A stretch of 64,000 nucleotides of DNA from the NCBI GenBank assembly GCA_963749075.1, contig CAVVLJ010000021.1:32001-96000 (forward strand), written 5' to 3'. Of the stretch, positions 43,207 through 55,266 are shown piece by piece (position 1 is the stretch's first letter; each line of letters opens with the position of its first letter). This DNA comes from an uncultured Pseudomonadota bacterium. GTDB lineage: Bacteria > Pseudomonadota > Alphaproteobacteria > JACZXZ01. The notes beneath the pieces are model-generated. The model saw nothing but the letters and a program-made list of their open reading frames with translations. It searched no databases and was not told the origin of the DNA. A program made the translations under genes and the position numbers.

Positions 43207-44073
43207 ATGCGCCTCACCGTCATCGTTGCCTTCGCCGCAGGCGGCGTGCTTGCCCTCGCGTCCGCGCCGGGTGCCGCGCGCGCGAACGCGACGACGGACG
43301 CCCTGAGCGCCGCCGAGGCGTCCTTCGGGCGGCACGATTATGCCGCTGCCCTCAAGCTGCTGCAGCCTTTGGCCGATGCGGGCAATGCGGCGGCAGAGAA
43401 CGGGCTCGGCGTGCTCTACGCCGACGGCGAGGGCGTGGCCCAGAGCTATGCCGAGGCCGCGCGCTGGTATCGCATGGCCGCCGACCAGGGCTATGCGGTG
43501 GCCCAGAGCAACCTCGGCTTCCTCTACGCCAAGGGCGAGGGCGTCCGGCAGGACGATGCGCAGGCCGTGCGCTGGTACCGCCTGGCCGCCGAGCAGGGCT
43601 ATGCGCCGGCGCAGAACAACCTCGGTATCCACTACGAGGCCGGGCGGGGCATCGCCAAGAGCGACGCTGAGGCCGTGGCCTGGTACCTCAGGGCCGCCGC
43701 CCAGGGCTATGCCGATGCGGAGTCTAATCTCGGCAGCATGTATGCCGACGGCGCGGGCGTTCCGCGCGACTATGCGCAGGCGCTGCGCTGGTATCGCAAG
43801 GCGGCCGTGCAAGGCAATGCGGGCGGGCAATACAATCTCGGGGTGCTCTACGCCAACGGCGAGGGCGGGCCCAAGGACGAGGTCCAGGCTTTCATGTGGT
43901 TCAGCCTCGCCGCCGCCGCGGGCAACGCGCTCGCAGCCAAGGATCGCGACCGCCTGGCGCAGTCCATGCCGGCGGATGCGCTCGCCAAGGCGCGGCAGCA
44001 GATCGCCGCCTGGCATGCCACGCCGGAGGTCGACGAGGATGCGGGCAAGCCGCCCGCCCGCGCGGCACCCTGA
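43207..44073 (+). CDS. Exported Sel1-like repeat protein
   Basis: Signal peptide plus five 36-aa repeats of AQxNLGxxYxxGxGVxxDxxxAxxWYxxAAxQG. Confidence 0.92.
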   Translation: MRLTVIVAFAAGGVLALASAPGAARANATTDALSAAEASFGRHDYAAALKLLQPLADAGNAAAENGLGVLYADGEGVAQSYAEAARWYRMAADQGYAVAQSNLGFLYAKGEGVRQDDAQAVRWYRLAAEQGYAPAQNNLGIHYEAGRGIAKSDAEAVAWYLRAAAQGYADAESNLGSMYADGAGVPRDYAQALRWYRKAAVQGNAGGQYNLGVLYANGEGGPKDEVQAFMWFSLAAAAGNALAAKDRDRLAQSMPADALAKARQQIAAWHATPEVDEDAGKPPARAAP

Positions 44074-44168
44074 CCGCCTCGGCTGAGGCGCCCGCCGGGG
44101 TGACGAACCGAGGTGGCGCCCACTATAATGCCGGCAATTGCCGCGATTAAAGGAGGCGGAGATCGGCC

Positions 44169-44633
44169 ATGAGATTCTTCTTGGCAGCGGCGGCGCTGCT
44201 CGTCGCGAGTGCGGCCGCGGCACGGGCCAACGATCTCGCCTGCCTGAGCACGACCTTCAACCTGCTGTCGCCGAACGACAAGGTGTGCGTGAGCGAATTC
44301 GGCGACCCCAGGGTGCCCGGGGTCGTCTGCTACATCTCGCAAGCGCGCAAGGGCGGCTGGGGCCAGCCGCTCGGCCTCAACGAGGACCCCTCGAATTTCT
44401 CGCTCGCCTGCCGCCAGGTCGGCCCCATCGCCGTCGACATAGCTAAGCTGCCCAGGCGCGAGGAGGCGTTCAGCGAGAAGACGAGCATCTTCTTCAAGGC
44501 GACGCGCATCTACCGGCTGCCCGACGCGAAGCACAATTCGCTCGTCTATCTCGCCATCAGCACCAAGATCGTCAACGGCTCGCCGGCCAACGCGATCAGC
44601 ACCGTGCCGATCATGCCGTGGGCGCAGCACTGA
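44169..44633 (+). CDS. creA: CreA family periplasmic protein
   Basis: DPRVPGVVCYISQA.KGG, EDPSNFSLACRQVGP, GSPANAISTVP. Confidence 0.88.
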   Translation: MRFFLAAAALLVASAAAARANDLACLSTTFNLLSPNDKVCVSEFGDPRVPGVVCYISQARKGGWGQPLGLNEDPSNFSLACRQVGPIAVDIAKLPRREEAFSEKTSIFFKATRIYRLPDAKHNSLVYLAISTKIVNGSPANAISTVPIMPWAQH

Positions 44634-44686
44634 CGGCCCGCGCCTCGCTGGCGCGTTGCCGCACGCCGGCGCATAATGGCCGCATC

Positions 44687-45529
44687 ATGTCCATGCCCTT
44701 GTCGCACGACGCCAGGGTCCCCGCTCGCTGGAGGCGCGTCCGCCGAGACTGGAGCGCTCTCCTCCGTTGGCTCCGCCGCTGGCGCAAGCATGCGCGGCGG
44801 GCGCGGCGGAAGCTCGACGCGGCGCCGCCGGCGGCGCGAATCGCCATCATGGCGACGGCGGTCCTGGCGCTCTTCGCGGCCGCTGACCTCGTCTATCAGG
44901 TGGCAAGCAAGCCGACCGAGATGCTCTTTCCCCTGAGCGGCGCGCTCGACAAGGCGCCGGCCGAAACCTGGCGGCAATACGCCCCGCTCTTCCGCGAGTA
45001 TTCCACGGCGGCCATCACGCCCGAGCTGCTGGCGGCACTCGCCCAGGTCGAAAGTGCCGGCAATCCGGTCGCGCGCACCTATTGGCGCTGGCGCCTCGCC
45101 TGGAATCCCTTGGCGATCTTCGAGCCCGCCTCGAGCGCCGTCGGCTTATATCAGATGACCGATGCGGCCTTTGCCGAGGCGCGGCGCTATTGCATCCGCC
45201 GCCACGCCGTCGTCGAGGACGGCTGCTGGCCGGGCGACCTCTATTTCCGCGTGCTCCCGAGCCACGCCGTCGAGCTCACGGCGGCCTATCTCGACCGCGG
45301 CGTCGCGGCCGTTCTCGCGCGCCGGCCCCGCGCCAAGGCGACTGCACGGCAGAAGCAGGACCTCGCCGCCATCATCCATCTCTGCGGCGCCGGTCCGGCC
45401 ACGGCCTTCGCGCGCCGCGGCTTCCATTTGACCCCAGGCGAGCGCTGCGGCGATCACGACGCCGCGGCCTATCTCGCCCGCGTCGACGCCGTCAAGCGGC
45501 AGTTCCAGCGTCTCGCCGCCGAGCGGTAG
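44687..45529 (+). CDS. Membrane-anchored lytic transglycosylase (SLT-like)
   Basis: Basic N-terminus plus TM segment, LAQVESAGNP, SAVGLYQMT; start uncertain. Confidence 0.75.
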   Translation: MSMPLSHDARVPARWRRVRRDWSALLRWLRRWRKHARRARRKLDAAPPAARIAIMATAVLALFAAADLVYQVASKPTEMLFPLSGALDKAPAETWRQYAPLFREYSTAAITPELLAALAQVESAGNPVARTYWRWRLAWNPLAIFEPASSAVGLYQMTDAAFAEARRYCIRRHAVVEDGCWPGDLYFRVLPSHAVELTAAYLDRGVAAVLARRPRAKATARQKQDLAAIIHLCGAGPATAFARRGFHLTPGERCGDHDAAAYLARVDAVKRQFQRLAAER

Positions 45530-45544
45530 AGGGCGCGCGAGCGC

Positions 45545-45739
45545 TCACCCCTTCCCCACCATCCCCTTCAGCCGATAGAGAAGCCCGAGCGCCTCCTTGG
45601 GCGTGAGCTCGTCGGGGTGCACCTCGCCGAGCGCCTCCGCGCCCGCCTCAAGGGTGACGAGGATCTCCTCGGCGCGGGCGACGATGGCCGCCGGCAGCCC
45701 GCCGAGCTTCGCCGCGTGGATGCCGCAGGAGCGGTCCGC
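45545..45739 (-). pseudogene. Diverged duplicate of the mutS 3' end with an internal 102-bp in-frame deletion
   Basis: [64 protein letters not shown] matches mutS 49997-50293. Confidence 0.93.
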
Positions 45740-45826
45740 CCTGGCGGCGCGGCGCATGTTTCATCCCATTCGGCTTTTATCGGATAATGTTGGCGCCCGG
45801 TCTCGTTTGCGGAAGGGAGCCCCGAC

Positions 45827-46471
45827 ATGCGGTTCGGCGTGGTCATCTACGAAGGGGTCGAGCCGATCGACCTCGCGACCTTCGGCGTGCTCTCGATGGC
45901 GCGGCGCATCCGGCCGGACATCGAGATCTGCACGATCGCCCCGGAGCGCGGGCCCGTGGCGCTGGTGAATGGCCTGCGCGTCATCGCCGAGCACGATTTC
46001 CGCTCGGCGCCGCCCCTCGACGCGGTCATCGTGACCGGCGGCGCGAGCTGGCGCGCTCAGGCAGCGCGTCCGGACACGCTCGAGTTCCTCAGCCGGCGCT
46101 CGGCCGATGCGCTTCTCGTCTCGGTCTGCACGGGTGCCATGATCCTCGCAGCGAGCGGCGTGCTTGACGGCAAGGCCGCGACGACGAAGCGCGCGGTCGT
46201 GCCGCCCGAGGTGCCGCCGCTCAACGTCATGCGCGAGGCGCATCCGCGCATCGAGGTGCACGAGGCGAGCCTGGTCGACGAGGATCGCGTCATCACCGGC
46301 GGCGGGGTCACGCTCTGCATCGATACGGTGCTCCATCTCCTGATGCGGCTCTGCGGCCGCGAGGTGGCGCTGGAGACCGCCCGCATCCTCGAGTATCAAC
46401 GCGCCTGGTCGGCAAATCTCGCGCAGTTCCCGCCGCTCGTGAGGGTTGCGCAGGCTAACCCCCGGGCTTGA
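45827..46471 (+). CDS. DJ-1/PfpI family protein
   Basis: YEGVEPID, IVTGG, SVCTGA nucleophile elbow, GVLDGKAATT, ITGGGV. Confidence 0.88.
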   Translation: MRFGVVIYEGVEPIDLATFGVLSMARRIRPDIEICTIAPERGPVALVNGLRVIAEHDFRSAPPLDAVIVTGGASWRAQAARPDTLEFLSRRSADALLVSVCTGAMILAASGVLDGKAATTKRAVVPPEVPPLNVMREAHPRIEVHEASLVDEDRVITGGGVTLCIDTVLHLLMRLCGREVALETARILEYQRAWSANLAQFPPLVRVAQANPRA

Positions 46472-46608
46472 CCCAGGGAAATCGCATGCCAATTCCTGGC
46501 GAAGCGCCGGCGGTTGAGCTTCCTTGACTGCGCGGTGCGGGCTGCTACTGTGCCGGCCGGACGAGGGCGCGAGCCCGCGGCAATCACAAGACATTCAGGG
46601 AGGAGAAG

Positions 46609-47187
46609 ATGGCAGGCGCAATCTCGATTCACCCCTCGGTCGATCGCGGCATCAAGCCGGCGGCCAAGGATTTCGCGGGCGGCACCCTCTCGTGCAAATG
46701 CGCGACGAATCCCGTCAAGGTGACAGTCGCCTCGCAGTCCGCGCATAACCACGCCTGCGGCTGCACCAAATGCTGGAAGCCCGCAGGCGCCCTCTTCTCG
46801 GTCGTGGCCGTGGTGCCGCGGGACAAGCTCACCGTCAGCGCCAACGCCGACAAGCTCAAGGTGGTCGATCCCTCAGCCACGATCCAGCGGCATGCCTGCA
46901 AGGTGTGCGGCGTGCACATGTACGGCCGCATCGAGAACGCGAAGCACCCGCTCTACGGGCTCGATTTCATCCATACCGAGCTCTCGCCCGAGTCCGGCTG
47001 GTCGCCGCCGGAGTTCGCCGCCTTCGTCTCCTCGATCATCGAGAGCGGGGCCGATCCCAAGGAGATGGGCGCCGTGCGCGCGCGGCTCAAGGAGCTCGGC
47101 CTCGAGCCCTACGACTGCCTCTCGCCACCGCTCATGGATTTCCTCGCGACCGCGGCCGCCAAGGCCGCGGGCACGCTCCGCGCCTGA
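46609..47187 (+). CDS. gfa: S-(hydroxymethyl)glutathione synthase
   Basis: [56 protein letters not shown]. Confidence 0.94.
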   Translation: MAGAISIHPSVDRGIKPAAKDFAGGTLSCKCATNPVKVTVASQSAHNHACGCTKCWKPAGALFSVVAVVPRDKLTVSANADKLKVVDPSATIQRHACKVCGVHMYGRIENAKHPLYGLDFIHTELSPESGWSPPEFAAFVSSIIESGADPKEMGAVRARLKELGLEPYDCLSPPLMDFLATAAAKAAGTLRA

Positions 47188-47212
47188 GTGCCGCCGGATC
47201 GGGAGAAGAGCC

Positions 47213-48323
47213 ATGGAACGTCCGCGCAGCCGTCGCCTGGGGGGCGGGCAAGCCGCTCGCCGTCGAGACCGTTCAACTCGACGGTCCGCGCGCCGGAGAG
47301 GTGCTGGTCGAGATCAAGGCGACCGGCATTTGCCACACCGACAAATACACGCTCTCGGGCGCCGACCCGGAGGGGCTCTTCCCCGCCATCCTCGGCCATG
47401 AGGGGGCCGGCATCGTGGTCGACGTGGGCGCCGGCGTCGCGAGCGTCAAGAAGGGCGACCACGTCATCCCGCTCTACACGCCCGAATGCCGCCAGTGCAA
47501 ATCCTGCCTCTCGCGCAAGACCAACCTCTGCACCGCGATCCGTGCGACGCAGGGGAAGGGGTTGATGCCGGACGGCACCAGCCGCTTCTCCTTCGGCGGC
47601 AAGCCGCTCCTCCATTACATGGGCTGCTCGACCTTCTCGAACTTCACCGTGCTGCCGGAGATCGCCTTGGCCAAGGTGCGCGAGGACGCGCCCTTCGACA
47701 AGATCTGCTACATCGGCTGCGGCGTCACGACCGGCATCGGCGCCGTCATCTATACGGCGAAGGTGGAGCCCGGCGCCAACGTCGTGGTCTTCGGGCTCGG
47801 CGGCATCGGCCTCAACGTGATCCAGGGGGCGCGGCTCGCCGGCGCCGACATGATCATCGGCGTCGACGTCAATCCCAAGCGCGAGGCGATGGCGCGCAAG
47901 TTCGGCATGACGCATTTCGTCAATCCCAAGGAGACGGCGGGCGATCTCGTGGCCCATCTCTTCGAGCTCACCAAGGGCGGCGCCGATTACAGCTTCGAGT
48001 GCGTCGGCAATACCGAGCTCATGCGCCAGGCGCTCGAATGCTGCCACCGCGGCTGGGGAGTGAGCACCATCATCGGCGTGGCGGCGGCGGGGAAGGAGAT
48101 CTCGACGCGGCCCTTCCAGCTCGTCACCGGCCGCGTCTGGAAGGGCACCGCCTTCGGCGGCGCCCGCGGCCGCACCGACGTGCCGAAGATCGTCGACTGG
48201 TACATGGAGGGCAAGGTCAACATCGACGACCTCATCACCCACACCATGCCGCTCGAGAGGATCAACGACGCGTTCGAGCTCATGACCAAGGGCGAATCGA
48301 TCAGGAGCGTCGTGGTGTATTGA
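47213..48323 (+). CDS. frmA: S-(hydroxymethyl)glutathione dehydrogenase (class III ADH), +1 frameshift just after the ATG
   Basis: GICHTD, LGHEGAG, CRQCKSC...NLC, RPFQLVTGR; ATG at 47213 is one base out of frame with VRAAVAW. Confidence 0.9.
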
Positions 48324-48361
48324 GGGGCGAGCGGCGCGGGGCGGGCGGCGCTACGGATGAA

Positions 48362-48645
48362 ATGAACAGGTTCAGCAAAGAGCTGATCCAAAGCCTCTCG
48401 GAGGCGGTCGCGCACGCCGAGGGCAAGAAAGCCGCCGCGCGCGTACATGTGATCGAAGGCCCGGAAGTGCGGGCGATCCGCAAGCGCCTGTGCATGCCCA
48501 GCAAGCCTTCGCGCGCGCCTATCGCATCCCGCTCGCGACGCTGAAGAATTGGGAGCAGGGCCGCCGCCAGTCCGACGCACGCGCCGCCGCCTATCTCAAG
48601 GTCATCGCCAAGCGCCCGCGGGAGACGCGCGAGGCGTTGAGTTAA
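48362..48645 (+). pseudogene. Frameshifted HigA/MqsA-like HTH antitoxin
   Basis: MNRFSKELIQSLSEAVAHAEG..VRAIRKRL, then in another frame QQAFARAYRIPLATLKNWEQGRRQ..AAAYLKVIA; length 284 nt, one base short. Confidence 0.82.
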
Positions 48646-48855
48646 AGGGCGGCGGTTGGTGGCAACGCGTCCCCGATGTCGCCATGTGCAGCTATGGGCA
48701 ATGACGCCATTCGCTGAACCCAGTTCACGGATGGTCAGCCTTGATGCAATGAGAATGGCATCCTTACTGGCAACGGGCGAAAGTGGCGGAAAAAGCGATT
48801 GAAGCTTGGCCCGCCACAGGGAGCGACGTTTGACACCCTACCTGGACGCGAAGGA

Positions 48856-49845
48856 TTATAGCCGTAACGGTTGAACGTTGCGTGGTTGCACAAGCTCATT
48901 GGCGCCAAAACAGATTAGATCATCGCGCTGATTCGTCGGGAGCAATACGTTCGGCACATAAAAGGACTTGGGGTCACAGTCTTTGATTTCGATTGAAAAA
49001 AGCTGATTGGCTAGAGCGGCAAGCGAGCCTGCCGCGTGAAAGAGATGAAACGGCCCGAAGCGGACGCTAAACAGCACTATGTTGGCGGCAACGGCCTGGA
49101 GGCAATTCCAAAGTGTGGCCTCGGAGAAATGGGCTCTGCGATCGTGCTTTGTCTTATTGTAAGCTTCATACCATGGCAGCGTCTTCGTTGGGCTCGTTAG
49201 GTTCCACCCCAGAAAAGGGCGAATTGGCGGAATGTCAGTGTATCTTGGGAGGCTGATCTCGAACTCCGCAAGAAACAAAGGGCTTCCGAGCCCCACGTAA
49301 TTTTTGGTGGTGAACTGGCCGCTTGCAGGGGTGTGGACATCTGCTATTCGGAGATAATGCTTCCAAATATTTTCGACTTCCGTACAAGCGAGAATAAGAA
49401 GTTCTCGTACCTTGTGGCTGTGCGTGTTCATTGCACCGGAAGCAGGCTCGACGAAGTAAAGTAGCTCATCGAGCCGCTGCACTAGCAGCAGCAAAGCTTG
49501 CTCGGCTAACCGAAGTTCGACATTGGTAGCCCCCAAGCCTTGCAAAATCTCTTCAGTAAAATAGAGGCCAGGTCTCCACACGCCTTCTATCGTGCAGCCT
49601 ACGTCGTTCTCAGTCTCTTCGACAGCTTGTGCCCCAAAAGTCCGTTCGACCCAGTCCCGTAGTGATCCCGATTTCTTCTCCGTGACCGTCAGCCCGGGCG
49701 AGATTACCCATAGTCCTCGGTCTTTTCCATAATGGTGGACAAAGTGCGTATGCGTCTCATACGCGACGCCCCGTGGCTCCTTCTCATGAAGGGGCACCCA
49801 TCTAGGAATGGTGTGCTTAGTGTTACGGTAGACTAGCGCGCGCAC
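48856..49845 (-). CDS. Low-GC hypothetical protein with HEPN-like C-terminal domain
   Basis: 329-aa ORF in a clearly AT-richer segment lacking shadow ORFs; ELLILACTEVE and WYEAYNKTKHDR...ATL.N motifs. Confidence 0.75.
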   Translation of the reverse strand: MRALVYRNTKHTIPRWVPLHEKEPRGVAYETHTHFVHHYGKDRGLWVISPGLTVTEKKSGSLRDWVERTFGAQAVEETENDVGCTIEGVWRPGLYFTEEILQGLGATNVELRLAEQALLLLVQRLDELLYFVEPASGAMNTHSHKVRELLILACTEVENIWKHYLRIADVHTPASGQFTTKNYVGLGSPLFLAEFEISLPRYTDIPPIRPFLGWNLTSPTKTLPWYEAYNKTKHDRRAHFSEATLWNCLQAVAANIVLFSVRFGPFHLFHAAGSLAALANQLFSIEIKDCDPKSFYVPNVLLPTNQRDDLICFGANELVQPRNVQPLRL

Positions 49846-49996
49846 GACTCCGCTCCAGGGCGGTTGGATGGACGGGATATAGAATGCTTGCCTTTATGGC
49901 GCTCGTCACCAATCCAAGGATTAACCCACCCTGGGATTCTGTGGGATTTGCAATTCCCTCCAAGCCCTCCCGCCGCTCGATCGACCAAACGCGCCC

Positions 49997-52687
49997 TCAC
50001 CCCTTCTCCCCCATCCCCTTCAAGCGATAGAGGAGCTCGAGCGCCTCTTTCGGCGTGAGCTCGTCCGGATGCACCTCGGCGAGCGCCTCCTCGGCGGGCG
50101 AGGGCCCGCGCGGGAGGCCCCCTTGCGGGCGCGCGGCGGCGGCGCTGAAGAGGGGGAGGTCGTCGGCGAGGCGGGCGAGCGCGCTTGCCTCCTCGCCTGA
50201 CTCGAGGGTGGCGAGAATCTCCTCGGCGCGGGCGATGACGGCAGCCGGCAGCCCCGCGAGCTTCGCCACGTGGATGCCGTAGGAGCGGTCGGCGGCACCG
50301 GGTGCGACCTCGTGGAGGAAGACCACGTCGCCCTGCCATTCCTTGACGCGCATGGTGTAGCAGGCAAGCGCGGCGAGCTTGGCGGCGAGTGCTGTGAGCT
50401 CGTGGTAGTGCGTGGCAAAAAGGGCGCGGCAGCGGTTCACCTCGTGGAGGTGCTCGAGCGTCGCCCAGGCGATCGAGAGGCCGTCGAAGGTCGCCGTCCC
50501 CCGCCCGATCTCGTCGAGGATGACGAGCGCGCGCTCGCCCGCCTGGTTGAGGATCGCCGCGGTCTCGACCATCTCGACCATGAAGGTCGAGCGCCCGCGC
50601 GCGAGGTCGTCGGCGGCACCCACGCGGCTGAAGAGGCGGTCGACGACGCCGATGTGCGCGCGCTCGGCCGGCACGTAAGCGCCCATTTGCGCCAAGATCG
50701 CAATGAGCGCGTTCTGGCGGAGGAAGGTGCTCTTCCCCGCCATGTTGGGACCGGTCACGAGCCAGAGGCGGCGCTCGGGCGGGAGCGCGCAGTCGTTCGC
50801 CACGAAGGTGCTGTCCTGACGCTCTTGAAGTGCTGCCTCGACGACCGGATGGCGGCCGCCCGCGATCTCGAAGGCGAGGCTCGCGTCGACGAGCGGCCGG
50901 GCGTAGCGCCGCTCGACCGCGAGCGCCGCGAGTGCCGCTGCCACGTCGAGGGCGGCGAGTGCCGCCGCGGTCGCGGCTATGGCCTCGGCGCGGGCGAGGA
51001 CGGTGCTGGCGAGCTCGTCGAAGAGCGAGAGCTCGACGGCGAGCGCCTTGTCGGCGGCGCGCGCGATCTTCTCCTCGAGGCCGGCGAGCTCGGCCGTGGT
51101 GAAGCGCACGGCGCTCGCCATGCTCTGGCGGTGGATGAAGCGCCCGCCGGCGCCCGAGGGCAGCTTGTCGGCGTGCGCCGCCGTGACCTCGACGTAATAG
51201 CCGAGCACGTTGTTGTGGCGGATCTTGAGCGAGGCGACGCCCGTCTCGCCGCGGTAACGCGCCTCGAGGGCCGCCACCAGGCGCCGGCTCTCGTCGCGCA
51301 GCAGGCGCTCCTCGTCGAGTGCCGGATTGTGCCCCGCCGCGATGAAGCCGCCGTCGCGCGCGAGAAGCGGCAGATCGGGCGCCAGCGCGCGGGCGAGAAG
51401 GTCCACGAGCGCCTCGTGGCCGCCGAGCCTGGTGCTGGCCTCCGCGATCCCTGAGGGCGGCTCGACGAGCCCGGGTGCGGAAAGTGCCAGCTCGAGCTCC
51501 GCCGCCTCGCGCAAGCCGTCCCTGAGACCCGCGAGGTCGCGCGGGCCGCCGCGCCCGAGGGCCAAGCGCGAGAGGGCGCGCTCGAGATCGGGGCAGCGCT
51601 TGAGGATGCGGCGCGCGTCCTCGCGGAGGCGCTCGAGGCCGGCGAAGAACTCCACCATGTCGAGGCGTGCGGCGATCGCCGCGGGGTCGGTCAAGGGGGC
51701 GGCCAAGCGCGCGGCGAGGAGGCGGGCGCCGCCGGCGGTGACCGTGCGGTCGATGACCGAGAGGAGGCTGCCGCGGCGCTCGCCTGAGAGCGTCTCGGCG
51801 AGCTCGAGGTTGCGCCGCGTCGCCGGGTCGATCTCCAAGACCGCCCCGGCGCGCACCTGCTGCAGCCGCCCGAGACGCGGCAGCTTGCCCTTCTGGGTGA
51901 GCTCGACATAGTCGAGGAGGGCGCCGGCCGCAGCAAGCTCGGGGCGGGAGAAGCTGCCGAAGCCGTCGAGCACGGTAACGCGGTAATAGGCCTCGAGCCG
52001 GCGCCGCCCGGAATCGCTGTCGAAGCGCGCCTGAGGCTGCGGCGTGAGTTCGGCCCGCCAATCGGCGAGAAGGGCCGCGAGCGCCGGGCGCGCCAAGAGG
52101 CGGTCGGAGAGGACGAGCTCGCCCGGCTCGAGGCGCGCGAGCGTGCTCGCGAGTGCGGGCTCGTCGAGCGCCTGGACCTGGAAATCGCCGGTCGAGAGGT
52201 CGAGCCAGGCGAGTGCCAGGGCGCCCGCCGCTTCGGCCAGGGCCGCCAGGTAATTGTGCCGCCGCGCGTCGAGGAGCGTGTCCTCGGTCAGCGTCCCCGG
52301 CGTCACGATGCGGACCACGCCGCGGCGCACCACCGCCTTGCCGCCGCGCCGCTTGGCCTCGGCCGGGTCCTCCATCTGCTCGCACACGGCGACGCGGAAG
52401 CCCTGGCGGATGAGGCGCGAGAGATAGGCATCTGCCGCATGCACCGGCACGCCGCAGAGGGGCACGTCCTCGCCCTCGTGGCGGCCGCGGCGGGTGAGCG
52501 TGATGTCGAGCGCCTTGGATGCTGCCACCGCGTCCTCGAAGAACATCTCGTAGAAGTCGCCCATGCGGTAGAAGAGAAGGCAGTCCGGATGGGCGCGCTT
52601 GACCTCGAGATATTGCGCCATCATGGGCGTGGCGGGCGCCAATGCGGCAGCCTCGCGCGCGGGCGCGGGCGGAGGGCTCTCGCTCAA
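49997..52687 (-). CDS. mutS: DNA mismatch repair protein MutS
   Basis: [50 protein letters not shown]; start uncertain. Confidence 0.97.
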   Translation of the reverse strand: MSESPPPAPAREAAALAPATPMMAQYLEVKRAHPDCLLFYRMGDFYEMFFEDAVAASKALDITLTRRGRHEGEDVPLCGVPVHAADAYLSRLIRQGFRVAVCEQMEDPAEAKRRGGKAVVRRGVVRIVTPGTLTEDTLLDARRHNYLAALAEAAGALALAWLDLSTGDFQVQALDEPALASTLARLEPGELVLSDRLLARPALAALLADWRAELTPQPQARFDSDSGRRRLEAYYRVTVLDGFGSFSRPELAAAGALLDYVELTQKGKLPRLGRLQQVRAGAVLEIDPATRRNLELAETLSGERRGSLLSVIDRTVTAGGARLLAARLAAPLTDPAAIAARLDMVEFFAGLERLREDARRILKRCPDLERALSRLALGRGGPRDLAGLRDGLREAAELELALSAPGLVEPPSGIAEASTRLGGHEALVDLLARALAPDLPLLARDGGFIAAGHNPALDEERLLRDESRRLVAALEARYRGETGVASLKIRHNNVLGYYVEVTAAHADKLPSGAGGRFIHRQSMASAVRFTTAELAGLEEKIARAADKALAVELSLFDELASTVLARAEAIAATAAALAALDVAAALAALAVERRYARPLVDASLAFEIAGGRHPVVEAALQERQDSTFVANDCALPPERRLWLVTGPNMAGKSTFLRQNALIAILAQMGAYVPAERAHIGVVDRLFSRVGAADDLARGRSTFMVEMVETAAILNQAGERALVILDEIGRGTATFDGLSIAWATLEHLHEVNRCRALFATHYHELTALAAKLAALACYTMRVKEWQGDVVFLHEVAPGAADRSYGIHVAKLAGLPAAVIARAEEILATLESGEEASALARLADDLPLFSAAAARPQGGLPRGPSPAEEALAEVHPDELTPKEALELLYRLKGMGEKG

Positions 52688-52969
52688 GGGCTCGGCAGGG
52701 AACGGCAAGGCTCGCTCGGCTCGCGCGCGACGGTTGCGGGAAGTGGCCAAGGCCGGCGGCACCTTAGCATGGCGCGCGAGCGCCGGGCTACGGCCGCCGC
52801 GAGCGCGCGCCGGAGCGCCGTGCAAGGCGGCCCCGCATTCTTCGTCCTTAACAGCCGTGGCGGCGAGGCGCTATGCTCGGCGAAGCGCGGGGCGGCACGG
52901 CCGCCCCTCGGCCGAGCACCGGCTCTGCGCCCCGGAAAACTCCGCACAAGACGAACGACGGAGATATTT

Positions 52970-55252
<2,283 letters not shown>

Positions 55253-55266
55253 GATAGCCGACTAAG

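Noticed and set aside
43381-43900. 108-bp periodic DNA repeats
   Set aside because: Explained by Sel1 protein repeats.
46770-48323. Apparent 517-aa extended ADH overlapping gfa
   Set aside because: Artefact of the one-base indel at the frmA start; the upstream part is off-frame gfa.
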